Notes: generated by a model not told the origin, from the sequence alone. Counted from the first letter of the stretch, positions 42,020 through 55,969 are shown. The stretch: 64,000 nucleotides of DNA from Camelus dromedarius (GCF_036321535.1 NC_087436.1:42596001-42660000), one strand, 5' to 3'. Numbers and translations: made by a program.

Positions 42020-42200
42020 ATTGTGTTTCTAAATGCTGGACACCATTCTAAGCACTTCACATATATTAGCTCATTTAATCCTCATAATAACTCAAGGAGA
42101 CAGATGCTAATATTAACCTCATTTTGAGGTTACTGGGACAACTGAGTAACGGAGACATAAAAATGGAAATGAGGAAAATGAGGAAACTTATGCATAGAGA
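42020..42200 (-). mobile_element. MIR fragment
   Basis: ATTCTAAGCACTTCACATATATTAGCTCATTTAATCCTCATAATAACTC...CTCATTTT. Confidence 0.6.
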
Positions 42201-45200
42201 TTCTCAGAATGAATTTACCATTTTAGTCCTCTATTGTTTTACAGAATAGTAAATTCAAAATAAAATAAACCTAATGACAAGGACAAGTAATAGAATTGCA
42301 AAGTTATTGATAAGCACATGACATATTGAACACTAATAATTTACTGGTAAATTACAAAGGGAGATCATATAGTCCTCCTTTAGTAGGCTAAAATCATTTA
42401 TTATTCCCTTAGTATGCCTCCAATTATATTTTCATGAATGATCTAGTTTTGTTAACTTGTTTCTAATATTTTATTCTGCATATGACATCTAAGATCTACA
42501 TTAACACAGCTTCTGAATATAATTTTTAGCTAATCAATACATGTTTGCATCATTTTTCCATATATTACTATAAAAATACCATTAAGCTAATTTTGAGAAT
42601 CTGTGTTCTGGATCATAGTAGAAATGCAGCTAAAGCAACATTTAACAGCTTTTCAGGATTGCAAAAATTCAGAGAGTGGCAGTCTTGGACTTTACAACAC
42701 AGATTTTTAGGAGTTGGCAGGCATGGCTTAATAGGACACACGATTCCTCCTCTTGGTACAGGAAAGTGGGCCATGGGCAGTAAGAGAAGCAGCAGCTTCA
42801 AGAACAGTTTTTATTGCAGTGAATCTTAATGGTACTTTCTGGGAGCTTTCCACAATACAGTCAGCTGGGGAACCTATGATCACTAATGAGTGTGCTTTCC
42901 CAGGGTCATAGATGTAGTATCTGTGTGATATTTTGGAAACCTATCTGTTATGGTATGAGTAAAGAATAAGAAACAAATTGGATGGAATATACCAGCTGAG
43001 ATTTATTTATCAAATCTTTCCTCTGGTAGACAATATAAGCATTACTTAATAATATTAAAGCACATCAAAGAAAATTTGGGGGAACAAGTTTATCCTCACT
43101 TCTGAAATATATAAAGATGCATGTATTAATCCTGGAAGGTATGACTCAGGCAACAAAGAGGTCAGTTGGTTTTTGTTTATAAGTCATTACGATTCAGCAT
43201 GCCATAAATATTCCTATAGTTTCAGCATCTATCCTTCATTTTACAAACTATCTTCATTTAGAACATTTATTTTGTAAAATAAAGCTGAGTAATTGGCAAG
43301 GAACATGAGTCTCCCTGTAGATCAATGTGCATTATTTCTTTGCATTGCTCCATAGACATTTAAAGGAACTGACACATTCGTCAAGTTAAAGGGGAAAGAA
43401 GCAACTGCATGGGATAAACTTCGGTTTGGCAGTGGGGAATTCCAATCTGGCTATCAGGAAGAGAGACAGTGGGCAGGATACTAGTTCCCTATTCCCAAGT
43501 GATGGCATCGTGTTTTGCTTTGGTTTGGTTTTGGTTTCATCACTTGCACACAACAAAGCAGTAGGAGGAGTTGAAGAGATGGTGGAGAAAAAGGGCACAG
43601 AAGAGAGAAGATGCAGTAACAAATAGTTATAACTAGCATTTGTATAAAATTTTACAATTTACTATATGTTTTCTATATTTTATTTCACGTAATTCTGACC
43701 AAAAAAAGAAAAAGAGTCTATGGAGGGATCTTCGGGGCTTATATATTTTTCATATGTTCAGCTTTTAAAATGATTATCACTATGGAAATTTTTTTGAAAT
43801 ATTATTTCAAACATACTAAAACTTCTTAAGAATAATTTAGCAAATATTCTGGATATTTTTCTACACAAAGAAGAAACTCGAACGAAAAGTATTATTACAT
43901 AAAATGAAGGCAGCTGCAACCATGCTGTTGTACATGTGGGTAGAAGAAAGATGATCTACAATAATGATTAGGGCAAGGGCTTCATTTAAATTTGCTAAAT
44001 TTCTTTCATTTAACTACTTATAAAGTTCAGCACCTCAGAATGTAAAACATCAATTCCACATTCTTATCTGCCAGCATTGATTGCTTATTAATACTGCCAT
44101 TTTAATAATAAATCCTAAGCTATTTAAAATAGTTCAATATCTGTATTGAGGACAGAATCAATAGTCATCACTGCTGGAATTTAGAAAAGACACCAATAGA
44201 AGGACAAAGTCACAGATAGATTCAAAGTCTGTGAATTTATCTTTTAGGAAAGAAATGATTTAATACATGTCGGTTGGTACCTATGTTCTATTTTGAAACA
44301 ATGCCTACATGAAAATGCATGGCTCTAGCCCTGAGAATTTAGTCATACCAATTAATACAATTTTTACTCAATAATTCCCTTTATCTTTAGTTGAAACTGC
44401 TTTATAACATAGAATTATAAACTTCCTTTACAAATAATGCTAATTAACTGAAAGTTTAGTAAACTCAGCTGCCCTGAGGAATAAGGAAGTAGATTCTTTC
44501 CTAAACTTTCCCTAAAACGTAAAAATTATTCTCTGCTTTTGATACTTGTATATAACAACATGTTCTGTAGAGTTATTTATTATAAATTCTCTCTATCCTT
44601 TGTGTTCCCCCACAATACAGTGCCTGGAATATTGTAGGTTCTTAATAAATGTAGTTTTTATTAAATTGAATTTGAAATTTTCTGGAGACTGCCATCGTTT
44701 TCTCTACTAAGCCGTTTTGAGTTTCAATTTGTTTTCACATGGCTTGCAGCTTTGGTGCTGATGCCTTCCACTTGAGTTTGATGTGAAGTACTTTCACCTA
44801 TGTGCGGCTAATTTCAGGGGCAAGGATACTCAGTTATTTGAGAAATAATTCCTAACTGTGGCTAGGAGGAGGTAATCCTATTCAAGAATGCAAGAATGTT
44901 ATCACTTTTTGTCAGGCTAATTTCTAGAGAAGACGCTTGGAGAATAGAAATGTCAAGCTCTTCCTAACTTTTCTTTCTTCAAAGAACTACAAACAAAATG
45001 TTGGACTTTTCTAACATTTGGAAATACTGCAGTGCTGTATCTAAGGGAATTAACTAAATGATGGACTGACACACATAGAGGAAAGTGAATAGACCATACT
45101 TCCAAAAAGTTGAAAGGATTTTTTCCTGAAATAATCTAAATCTTACCAGAAGAATTTTAACTAATAACAATAGAATATTAACTAAGGATATTTTCCCTAA

Positions 45201-46749
45201 CACATCCCGTCTCTAGGGCAAAGTTGGTAACATGAAATGTGGTTTAATAGCTACTCTCTGTTCTACACATCTAAGCACATTTTCTGTTTAGAATAGAGGA
45301 AATAAGTCAAACATTTTTTAAAAATTGATTTAATAATACTCTGTGGTAAGAACAGCAAGAAAAATAGAAATTTTATTTTGACAGTATGAGTACACTTTGC
45401 TTTATGGAATAAATATGTGCTGGAAAAAGTCTCTCTGTAAGTTAAATTTTAAATTCACCTCTGGAGTTCCCTACTGAATTTTAATCTTTAAATAATTTTA
45501 CAGACAAGGAATCCATTAATTATAGAAGTGAATGTTCATTTAGATAAATGTTTAGTAGTCTTTAATTTGTGTATTAAACTTTAATTTTTTTAAATAATGG
45601 AGTGTAGAAAGTATGGATCTTCAAAAGGAATAATTCCAAAAGAGAACATAGGAAAAAGGTGCCAGGGAGAAGTCCCTCTAGATAGGGTCTAAACTTATTT
45701 TTTGATGGAAACTACCAAGAATTCACACACACTATAGATGAGATTATAAAGAAAGTTTTCAGGAAGAAACCACTTAACATGTGATTTGCAGCCATGTTTC
45801 TAAGGAGACCAGGAAAACTGTTATCAGTGTTATCAGCAAAAGCTTTGATATTATAAATGTTAACACACTGTGGATGAGTAAGGCAATTGCAAGGACAAAC
45901 AGCAGGCTCTAATGACCATTAAAGACCATTCAGAAGCAGGGATTTTTTTAGATTATGTGTCAAGTTATCCTTTTGCTTGTTCAGTGAATGTGGACATTTT
46001 CTCTGGGTTTTAGTGGATAATTACAGAATTCATTTAGCTTATTCCATCCCCTTTTTTCTGCTCTAAAGCTAATCTCCCAAGTAGATGTCCTTACTAGGAA
46101 TAACATTCCTTGATGAGATGAATGAGTGTTTCCATTCAATTGGCATTTTGGTTTCTTTTTTCACTTTAAATTGCTAACTAATTGCCTTGGTAAAATTAGT
46201 CCCCATATTAATAATTAGTCTGAGTAGAATAAGCTAGTTATTTTGAAACTCATTCATCTAAATTTCATTTATATATAAATTATATAACAAAGTAAAGACT
46301 TCCTCTTCTCCCACGATTGTTATCCCCCTAGAAATAATCATGTCTGATTTGGTATATAACTTTACATTTTTTTATTTCTCTTTCTTTATTAGTGAATACA
46401 TGCAATTCACATTCATTCATTCCCTTATTTAAAAAATATTTATTGATGTACTGTTATGAGCCATCTATTGTTTTAGGTGATGTGGATAGAACAGTGAATA
46501 CCCTACCATCATGAAACTTACACATTTTTATTATAAAAGGTAATAATACAGTAAGATACTCTGCTATAGCCATATGTTTTTGCACTCAGCAACACATCAT
46601 AAGCACTTCTCCACATCAGCACTGAGAGCCCTACCATATTCCTTTTTTCTCTTTTTCCACGTATAGTCTTGATGTAGTCTATGTTCACCATCTATACATT
46701 TTCATTTTCCAATCATGTTTCAACTTACAAAAATCTAGGCTTCTTCCCA

Positions 46750-48050
46750 CACCATTGTACTAAAATATACTTTATCAGGTCACATGTGCTTGCACAAAAT
46801 CCAGCTGATGCTGTTCAATTCTCACGTACTTTGGCTCCTTCGCAGTATGGGATGCAGTCAACTCTGCATAACTCCCCTCCATTACTCCAGTTCACACAGC
46901 AGCTGTTTTACTTCAGACTCTTTCACTGGTGCTCCTTGCTTTTCTTCTAAATGATGGCATTTCCTTGGCCCTCAGTCTCCATTCTGTTTTTAGATGGTCG
47001 TGTGCTCCTATGAATTCACGTACCATCTGTATGCTAATGAGTCTCAAATCTCTGTTATTTCATCCTGTACATCTCCAGATTGGACCCTTACTGGTGCCTC
47101 CAGCTAAATGCGAGCAGGATTCATTCCTGTCCCTCTTCCTGGATTTCTTAACTTAGTATAAGAAACCTCCTTTCACCCAGCCACCCAGACAAGACATTTT
47201 GGACTCATTTTCAACATTCCTCTCTCCCATGCTCCTCACACATGGTCCGAAAACCTATCAAATGTCCCTGTTTATAACCTCTAGTCTTCTCGCATCCTCA
47301 CTGTCACTCATCTTAGTTTCGACTATCAATATTTATCTCTTAGATTAGAGCAAACTCCCTTGCCTATGCCCTATTCCATTCCAATCCATTCTTCACACTA
47401 AGCTGGAGTGATGTTTCTAATGCAAAACTTACTGTGATGTTATTCTCTTTTCAAAAGTACTTCTGTGGATTCCCACGAGCTCTGCATTTAGTACAAAAAC
47501 CTTAGTACAGCTGTAGGCTGTAATACAGCTCTCTGTAATCTGGCACCTACTTGTCTATATACTCTTATCTCCTGTCAAAATATGTCTGAATCTCTGTTCT
47601 TATATTCTAAACTGTTGATTCACAGAGGGTCAAACTCTCTCCCTTTCTAAACATTCTCTTCCTCTTACTGAAATGCTCTTTTTGTCTTCCTTTCAACCCT
47701 TCACCTGGATGACTCTTCCTCCCTCAAAAATCATCTCAGATTCATGTCCCCCTGTGATTCTGCTTTTGTCCATGTTGTTCCAAGTGTTTGAAATATTAGT
47801 TCTTTTCATTCACCCAGGTACTCTTATGAATGCACTCAGATCTAACATGGTCCTTTCTGAAAGCATTTCCTGACCCTGCTATGAACACAGAATGCTGTGG
47901 CTGTCTTTGTTGTAGCATTTACTCCTGTCATGATAATCTTCTAATTGTCATATGCCTCTGAGTTCCTTGAGAGCAGGACCCATCTTATTCAACTTTATGG
48001 CACCCAAAGCTAGCAGTGTCTGGCTCATGGTAGGTGAAAGAGTGTTAAAT
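46750..48050 (+). mobile_element. Degenerate L2 fragment
   Basis: CAATCCATTCTTCACACTAAGCTGGAGTGATGTTTCTAA and a 3' end with GAGTTCCTTGAGAGCAGGACCCATCTTATTC...CAGTGTCTGGCTCATGGTAGG. Confidence 0.55.
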
Positions 48051-49530
48051 AAGTAATGCATTCTAGACTATGCCTAGTTTTCATCTCATGAGTGAGTGGA
48101 TATTTTTGTTCATGAGATGAAAAACTAAGCATAGACCTGTTATGACACCCCTTCCCCACCTCCATCCAAACCCCCAACCAGAAGATATAACTAAAAGATG
48201 AAATTGAGGCCTATGAATAGCAATTATAGTCTTTGAGACAAAAGAGTCTCTTGAAAGGAAGTAATAAAGGAACACCTTTCAGAATACAGAAAATTAGTTA
48301 TAAATTTCTAACTTATAAACATCTGCCTGGCATTTGCTTTGTAAACTATTGTTGCTTATATCTGTTTCTTTCCCTTCAGAATATTAATTTCTGCTGCATT
48401 ATTGGCTGATTTTGTGCTCTAGCCATCCTGGATTTTAGAGTCTGCATGAAGCTATTAGAATTCATATTTTATCCTTGTATTTTGTACTTATTTAATAAGG
48501 GCACATTAAATATGTAATTGGATTAAAATAATAATATTGTATTGGACACTCTTAGAAGAAGAATTCAAAAACTACCTGCCACTACCAGCACCCAGTAATA
48601 TAAATTAATAATTAAAAAGATTACAAAACTCTTCTCATATTCTAATGCCAAGCTGAAAGGCCCACTTAGCTTTTTCCTTTTAAGTTGGCAGGAAAGTGAG
48701 ACTGATTTGGCATCAAGTCTAGGTTTACTGTTGTTCATATGGAATTTTCTTCACATGGTAGCCAGATGGAGACCAAAAAAAACTACTGCATTTCAAAATT
48801 AGTTTATTTTTCAGCAAACATGATTACAGTATGTATTCAGAATATATTATGTGAAAAACCTATTTTTAATCTAACAGATTATTCAAAGAAAGAAGTTAAA
48901 TATATATTGATGCATTGTGGAAACTTGTTTGTCAAATACCTATACATAATATTATAAACTTGGTTTTGTAAAGCTGCTCTGAGGTTGCAAGGAGTTCTTT
49001 ATGCAAACACTAAGCTATAGTCATTGACCCATGGATTCTTATAGAAGGACCCTTAGAGATCATTTTTAGTACTTCTTTTCCAATTTAGGAATATCTTTTA
49101 CAGAATCTTTGGTAGATGACCATCTAGCCTATTTTGTTTGTCTTTGTTTCTTTTCTTTTTTAGATTTTTTTTTTTTTTGCATTGAGTTGAAATCTACTTC
49201 CTCCTAATGTTACCCATTAATCCCAATTATATACTTTGAAATAAAAAAGAGACCAGATGATCCATCTACCATTCACCAAATTATGAAAGCCACAGATCTA
49301 GAAGTTATTCTTGATTTTTTTTCCCCTTTCCTCTCCCATTATCCTCCCTTCACCAATTTAGTCCTCTCAGTCCTAAGTCCAAAGTGTACATTTGATCCAT
49401 CCACTTACTTCCATTTTTACTGCCACTAGATGGTAGTCCAAGCCACCATTATCTTTGACCCAAACTATTTTAATAGCCTTAAAAAAATTTGTGTTTCAAT
49501 ATTCATCTCCCTACAATCTCGTATCTATAC

Positions 49531-49835
49531 CAGTGCTCTACAAATTGTAATCCAGACACCCTAGGGCAACACAAGGTAATTCATTAGAATAACAAGAAAT
49601 ACAAGAAGAAATACCAGAAATTATATTTATTTTTATCTCCTCTGTTTTAATTTCTATTTTTGTGTAAGTTTCTATAATGTTTATAAATGAGTAGAGTACA
49701 GTACAGTGTATATAATTTATAAATAAATAAATGCACTTATATTGGGAGTACATGCTTAAATATTGAATACTACATTCTAAATATGTTCTGATTAGCACAG
49801 AGTAGGATTATTACTTCTCAAAATTTGCACACTGA
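49531..49835 (+). mobile_element. hAT-Charlie-type non-autonomous element (a related copy lies in opposite orientation at ~34930-35110)
   Basis: CAGTG... start, AT-rich core TATAATTTATAAATAAATAAATGCACTTATATTGGGAGTACATGCT and ...CACTG end; reverse-complement similarity to ~34940-35090. Confidence 0.5.
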
Positions 49836-50019
49836 CTTTATATAATGTAATATCTGATTAGTATTCTAGCTCTCATTTTTCTTGTTTGCTTTATATTACA
49901 TTCATAGTCTGATAGATCCAACTTCCCACATTTATTAACAGTCTTATATAACTAATATGTAAAAATTGATTTTTAAACTAAAATTTAATGCCTTTAGTTT
50001 ATCCCATTTAGATTTTCTT

Positions 50020-51530
50020 ACATATTTTTTTAAAATTCTGAAACCATCTTATACTTACAGAAGAAATTCAAGTGCAGCACAAGTACAACACAAGTAACAT
50101 TTTTCCTCAACCATTTGAGAGTTCATTGCCAACCCGATGCCCATCATCTCTAATACTTAAGTGTATATATCCTGCAAAGATTTTTTTTTACATTAGCCAT
50201 AAAACAACTGTCAAAAACAACATTATTATTCCCATTTAATCCTCAGACCCCATTTAAGTTTTGCCAGTTCTCCAAGTACATCCTTTATTTTAAGCATTCC
50301 AATTCAGAATCACATATTGCATTTATTTGTCATGTCTCTTTAGTCTCTTTCAAACTGGAATAGTTTCAGTCCTTCTTTGACTTTTGAAGATTTGGGCTAG
50401 TTAGTCTGTAGAATGTCCCTCAATTTGGTTTTGCTTGATGTTTGCTGAGGATTAGATTTGGGTTCTGCACCTCAGGGTAGAACACAGTAGAAACAATACT
50501 GTGTTCTTCTCATAGTGTTAGAGCAGTCAGACAGTTGGAAATGAGCAGAGAAAGTGGGATGCAGGCCAAACAGCAGGAATAGGCAGAAAAAGGAAGGGGC
50601 ATGAGCCAAATGGCAGAAAACCGTATATCTTATGAACAACAGAGGTCCTTGGGCAGAAAAAGTACATAAAAGAAGAAGGAACCTCCTGGCTGATAAGAAA
50701 TCACAGATTTTGCGGTGACAAGTATCCTGGAAGCCAACAAAGAAAGGTGGGAAAAGGCAGGAATTTCTGGTGTCCAAATGTAACCTTTTGCTCATTAATG
50801 CCCTCATTACAATAAAATTAGCCTTGCAGATTAGAAGTATCCATCATGCACCAACACCATGACATTTCTCATCAAGACTAAATAAAGACAAAAGTCCCTC
50901 CTCCCCTTGGGAAGGTGGAGCTGGGATGAAAATCAGGACATATGACCCCAAACCTTTCCCTCCCCAATGAATATTCTGTCCATTCATTTTCTCACTCTGT
51001 GTAACAAACTTACCAAAGAAACTGAGGAGAGCTACTCACCTGGGCCTGCCTGCTCTTCCCTTGAGAGCATACTGTCTACCCCTTAATAAATCCTCATTTT
51101 ACCTTCTTGACCTCCAGGTCTTGTCTCTGAATTCTTTCTGCGACAAGACAAGAACCTAATCATCCATAACAATAGCATCCTATCTGATGGCACATGATGT
51201 TTTAACTTTGATGATGTTAACTTTGATCACTTTATTAATATGGTGTTTATGAAGCACTTCCACTGCACAATTGCTCTTTTCCGTATATGTAATGAATCAA
51301 TGTTTTGTGGGAAGTTCTTTGGGACTATATCACTATCCCATTCCATATCAAACTTTTGTTATTATTTATTTACTTACATTAGTATGGACTATGGTTTCCT
51401 ATTTTATTCAGCAGGTATAAGTTATTACTATCACTATTAATTTTGATACTTGCATTGTCCCAGATTTAGCCAGTCAAGAGCTCCTTAATTCAGGCTTCTA
51501 TATCTTTTTGACATATTTTCTTCAGTCTTT
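50020..51530 (-). mobile_element. Old L1M (L1MC/ME-like) 3' fragment interrupted by a solo LTR
   Basis: Motifs ATCACATATTGCATTTATTTGTCATGTCTCTTTAGTCTC and TTGTCCCAGATTTAGCCAG resemble old mammalian L1 3' UTRs; the sequence continues on both sides of the LTR. Boundaries approximate. Confidence 0.6.
50516..51171 (+). mobile_element. ERV1-type solo LTR (656 bp)
   Basis: TGTTA...TAACA inverted termini; perfect 4-bp TSD ATAG (50512-50515, 51172-51175); AATAAA at 51085-51090. Confidence 0.88.
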
Positions 51531-53159
51531 GAGCCCTTTCTTAACTTTCTATGTATATTTCATTGTATTTGTTTCAACAACATTTCAGGTCCTTCAAGTC
51601 CTTATGTTGAATCTTCATCATGCCACCTTTAATATTAACTATTTCTCCCAGATAATGTGCATGTCTTATATTTCTTTATTCAAGTCATGGATAATAATAA
51701 TCAATGAGTTGAAGCCGAAGGAAGAGCCCAGTTGTGGTGCTCTAGAAACTGCCTTCCAGATCAGGGGTCTTCAACCAGTTAACCAGTTAATACTAATTAA
51801 TATAATTTTGAAGAATTACCTAATTGGTCTTCCAGCTGATTGCTGTTGCCAAGTCAAAGTCACAGACAAGCCAAAGACTCTACCAAGATCTTCCCTAGAT
51901 GCCAACCATCTCCTTTCTGAAAGAAAAAAAAAATTGTTGGCATTCAGTGCTGTTCTCCATGACTGACAGCACTGTCTCCATCTTATCCCAGGGTTCAGAG
52001 AACTGATACCTTCACATTACCCCATCAGCAATTATACTTTATGAATTTAGTGCTAAATAATGCTTATGAAAAGTAATAGGATCTTTACTTACAATCCACT
52101 TACTAGGATAACAACTTTGAGAGGTGGGAAGAGAAACGAAACAAAACAAAAACTTAATTCCTGGCATACATTCTACATTCAATAATATTACTTAACCGAA
52201 GAAATGAATAAATACTGAAGATTAATGCAGATAAATTAACCCAAACTTTACATGGGTCTAGCTGTTCAGGGAGCTGTGAGTGTACCATGGAAAAGTCACC
52301 AAAGCCAAAAATCTGGATTCCAGTGTAGAATTCAACTTAACAGCTGTAAAACGTGGGTGAGCCACTGAATTACTCTGAGGTTCAGTGTCCTTTTATTGTT
52401 GTTATTGTTGTTAGAGGGAACTAATAAATGGAACCTCCTTGCCTGTTCCATACAGTTGTGGAAGCCAGAGAAGATCATGTAAGTGAACATTTTTTAATGC
52501 AGTTGACTGATATGAAAATGTAAGATTATCATTCTCATCATGAATATAGAGTGCTGTCATACAGTTGATTTTCCATTATTTTACCAAAAACAAAAAAATC
52601 ATGAGCAGATTCTTCAAATGCCCATCATTTTCCTAAGCTATTTTCCTAATTCTGATCCTTTTTAAAAAAGAAAAGGAAACTAACTTGGCAGGATTTTTCT
52701 TTTTGACTCTGCCTAATTTTTGTTCTGAAGTTGTCACAAATTTTCTCCTTAAAGAATTATTCTCAGATTTTTTCCCTGGGATCAGTATAAACCTCACTAT
52801 GTGGTTTATAAATCCTTCCTACCTTTAATTAGAAAGAACAGATTCACTTCTCAAGACAGCATCTTTTCTCTGCTCCTTGATTTTTCAAGGAGTACTGAAA
52901 GTAACTCTTAAAGAGACTAGAGAGAGCATCAGCCTTAGTCCTTGTGGCTCACAACCCAATTCACAGCCTGGTAAAGTAGGTTGGGGGAGTTGCGGGACAT
53001 TTCTGTATCTCTGTTCTCCCATCTATAAAATGATGAACATAAAGAATCCCACTTCTCACTGTTATGATGAGGACTAAATGCAATAATGCATGTGAAAGAA
53101 GGCCTATAAAACTTTAAATAAATATGTTAGTAATGTATGACTCAGAACTCTGGAATAAT

Positions 53160-53385
53160 AATAGTAAAAGCCATCACTTATTGAATGTACTCTCCTTACC
53201 AGACTCTGTGCTCTCTTTCGATGCTACAGCAACCTAATATGTATTATTATCCCTATTTTACAAATGAGGAAACTGAGGATCAGAGGGGTTAAGTACTGCC
53301 CAAAGTCACACAGCTAATAAGCACTGGAACAAATTCAAACCCAGCTCCGTCTGACCCCAAAACCTATACCTTTAACCCTTGCCTC
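53160..53385 (-). mobile_element. MIR SINE (a second MIR in opposite orientation lies at ~52990-53120)
   Basis: TATTATTATCCCTATTTTACAAATGAGGAAACTGAGGATCAGAGGGGTTAAGTACTGCCCAAAGTCACACAGCTAATAAG is the MIR core in reverse complement. Confidence 0.85.
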
Positions 53386-54276
53386 CAATTCTACCTCAAA
53401 CTCCCTCCCATTTGGCCCCAGAGGCTTGAACTCATTTAAGCAGGAGCTGCCCTGAAAAGCTCTCTTCTATTAGGAGCTGCTGCCAAACCTTTATGCTTTA
53501 GATTCTAAATTTTCCAACATGGAAACTATTCTACTCTTCGGAGAAGACAGAAACCACACAGTTGATTAATAGCTCTGAACTCTCCTATTTACCGCTAACA
53601 CTGTATCATCTTCTGAAAACATCAGACCTCTTCTTTCCTACTCTTTTGTGTGTACAATTTCTGTATTTTATGCTTTTCAAAAGCCCCAATTCCTTTTGCT
53701 TTTAGTACTAGGTGCAAAATGTCCAATTTAATTAGAAAGGCTCAATTGTTCAGCTGTTCAATGAATTGAATATATAACTCTGGCCAAGTACATTTTCTGC
53801 ATGAGATAATTATTTAGTTAATAACCCATGCCAACGAATCCTTCCCAAAATTCTTACTAATGCAAATTTCTCCTTTTTAAATATCTTCAATGTTTATGTT
53901 GATGGGTGTTACCAAATCGTCATGTACTTATACAAAAATTGGTGGTTTCACAAATGAATGTTTTCAATACTGAGCTGGATCAAAAAATATCAAGAGCAAA
54001 AAAAAATTATCAAGAGCAATTATACTTTATGAATTTAGTGCTAAGTTATGCTTATGAAAAGCTTATTTCCTTGGGGGTTTATTACATTTTAAACTACCAC
54101 AACTGTGTTAATTGTGAACTCTGACAGCTAAATGACCAGCAGAGTAGACAGGACCCATATAAATACTGCTTTGTGTTAGTGACCAGACATCCCTACAGCT
54201 TCTGTGAAACCATCACCATGTTATTGCAGTTGACACTTTGAAATAACTCACTGTTGCATTATACTGTAAATTGAAC

Positions 54277-54555
54277 AATCTTATGGTTACCGGGGAAAGG
54301 GTGTGGGAAAGGATAAATCTGAAAACTTGAGATTTACAAATGTTAACCACTATATATAAAAATAGATAAAAAATAAATTTCTTCTGCATAGCACAGGGAA
54401 CCATATTCAATATCTTGTAATAACCTTTAATGAAAAAAATATGAAAATGAACTTATATATATGCATGACAAGGATATTATGCTGTACACCAGAAATTGAC
54501 ACATTGTAACTGACTATATACTTCAATTAAGAAAAAAAAAGATGAGTCAAAAAAA
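54277..54555 (+). mobile_element. L1 3' end, 5'-truncated
   Basis: Artiodactyl-type L1 3' UTR (CATAGCACAGGGAACCATATTCAATATCTTGTAATAACC...GCTGTACACCAGAAATTGACACATTGTAACTGACTATA) with A tail. 9-bp TSD AAATTGAAC at 54268-54276 and 54556-54564. Confidence 0.85.
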
Positions 54556-55289
54556 AAATTGAACTATTCTCCCAAGGCATGGGTAACACATTTGCCTTTC
54601 AGGTTCAATTGATTTGAAAAAAAATCATTTTTAATTTCAATATTACTCTTTATAATTTGATTTCAAGAATGTTTTTACTTTTATAGTAACAGTCTCTGAA
54701 AACTTCATTTTCTCATAATCTCTATATTTCCTATTTAAAAAGTCTTTTTGAACTTAAATAATAACTATAGAATTAATCGCTTTTCAAATAGCATGAACTA
54801 GTGAGCACATCTTGACCCAATTGAAAATTCATACACTTATGTGATAATAACCATTCTCTAGAAAAAAAGCTGTTTGCAAAATATCCTTGGGAAGAGAACA
54901 GTGCCAGAAATTAACATACCCTTAATTTTAATGTATGGAAAGAGTTACCTTGTTTTCTTAGACTGAATTGTAAGTGAATATAATTTTCTTAAAAAGGAGA
55001 CACTGTGGGAAACATATGAAAGGACTCACTTCCTGCTGTTTTTGGAAAGATGTAATCCCTTCGTTAGTACTAGCTAAAATATTTACTCTAAAATGCTTTT
55101 CAACAACAATGTATTGTGAGTTAGAAATATTCTCTCTTTACAGAGATTTAAGAGGTTTTGACAATCAAACAGGAGATTTTTGTATAATTTTTGCAGATAT
55201 TTTTAGGACTCCCGAATCTGCTTGGAATAAATTGTTTCAGGAAATTATTTAGGACCTAATGTGAGGCCCTTAGACCAACAGCAACAACA

Positions 55290-55969
55290 TACTACCGAAC
55301 CAAACTTGGATCTACTCACCCATGTGTAGTGTACAGTGAAGTCAATCTACTGACATCAAGTTGTGGTGAAGGAAAGTGCAGTGTTTACTGCATGGCTGCA
55401 AGCAAGGAATACAACAGGCAGTTAATCCTCAAAAGACCCTGAACTCCCCCAAAGACCCTGAACTCCACAATGGCTTTCAGGGAAAGATTTTTAAAGGCAG
55501 CATGAGGGAGAGGGTTGTGGTGCATGATCAGCTCGTGAACATTCTTCTGGTTGGTTGGTGGTGAGGTAATTGGGAGTCATCGTCAGCAACCTTCCTATTC
55601 CAGCCAGTCTGGGGTCTGCGTGCTTGTGGGCAGCATACAGTTAACTTCTCCCACCTGGTGGGGGTTTCAGTACCTGCAAAATAGTTCTAGGATATGGCTC
55701 AGAATATTATCTACAGCCCTCAAGGAGGAACTAAAAGGCCTTTGTCTTTGCTTAATGGCCAAACTATTAGTATTTTGTCTTGCTTGATTGTTTTCCTTTG
55801 TTTCTACACTTTCTCACTTCTCTGATTAAGTTTATTCTTTGGAACTCAGGGAAGGCCTAGGGGGCTACAGTGCTTCTACAAACAAGAGGCAGGCAGAGGA
55901 CATGGGGGAGGGGAGTGGGGAAGGGGACTTCTGCCTTGAGAAGGCCCCATAGGATCCTGCTTGGTCACA
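55290..55969 (-). mobile_element. ERV-type solo LTR (680 bp)
   Basis: Minus strand begins TGTGACCAAGCAGGATCCTATGGGGCCTT and ends ...GGTTCGGTAGTA; TSD AACA/GACA; internal duplication of AAAGACCCTGAACTCC. Confidence 0.78.

Noticed and set aside
51508..51966. 152-aa ORF, the longest outside ARSJ
   Set aside because: TTG start, low-complexity AT-rich composition, no recognisable motif, and it overlaps degraded repeat sequence.
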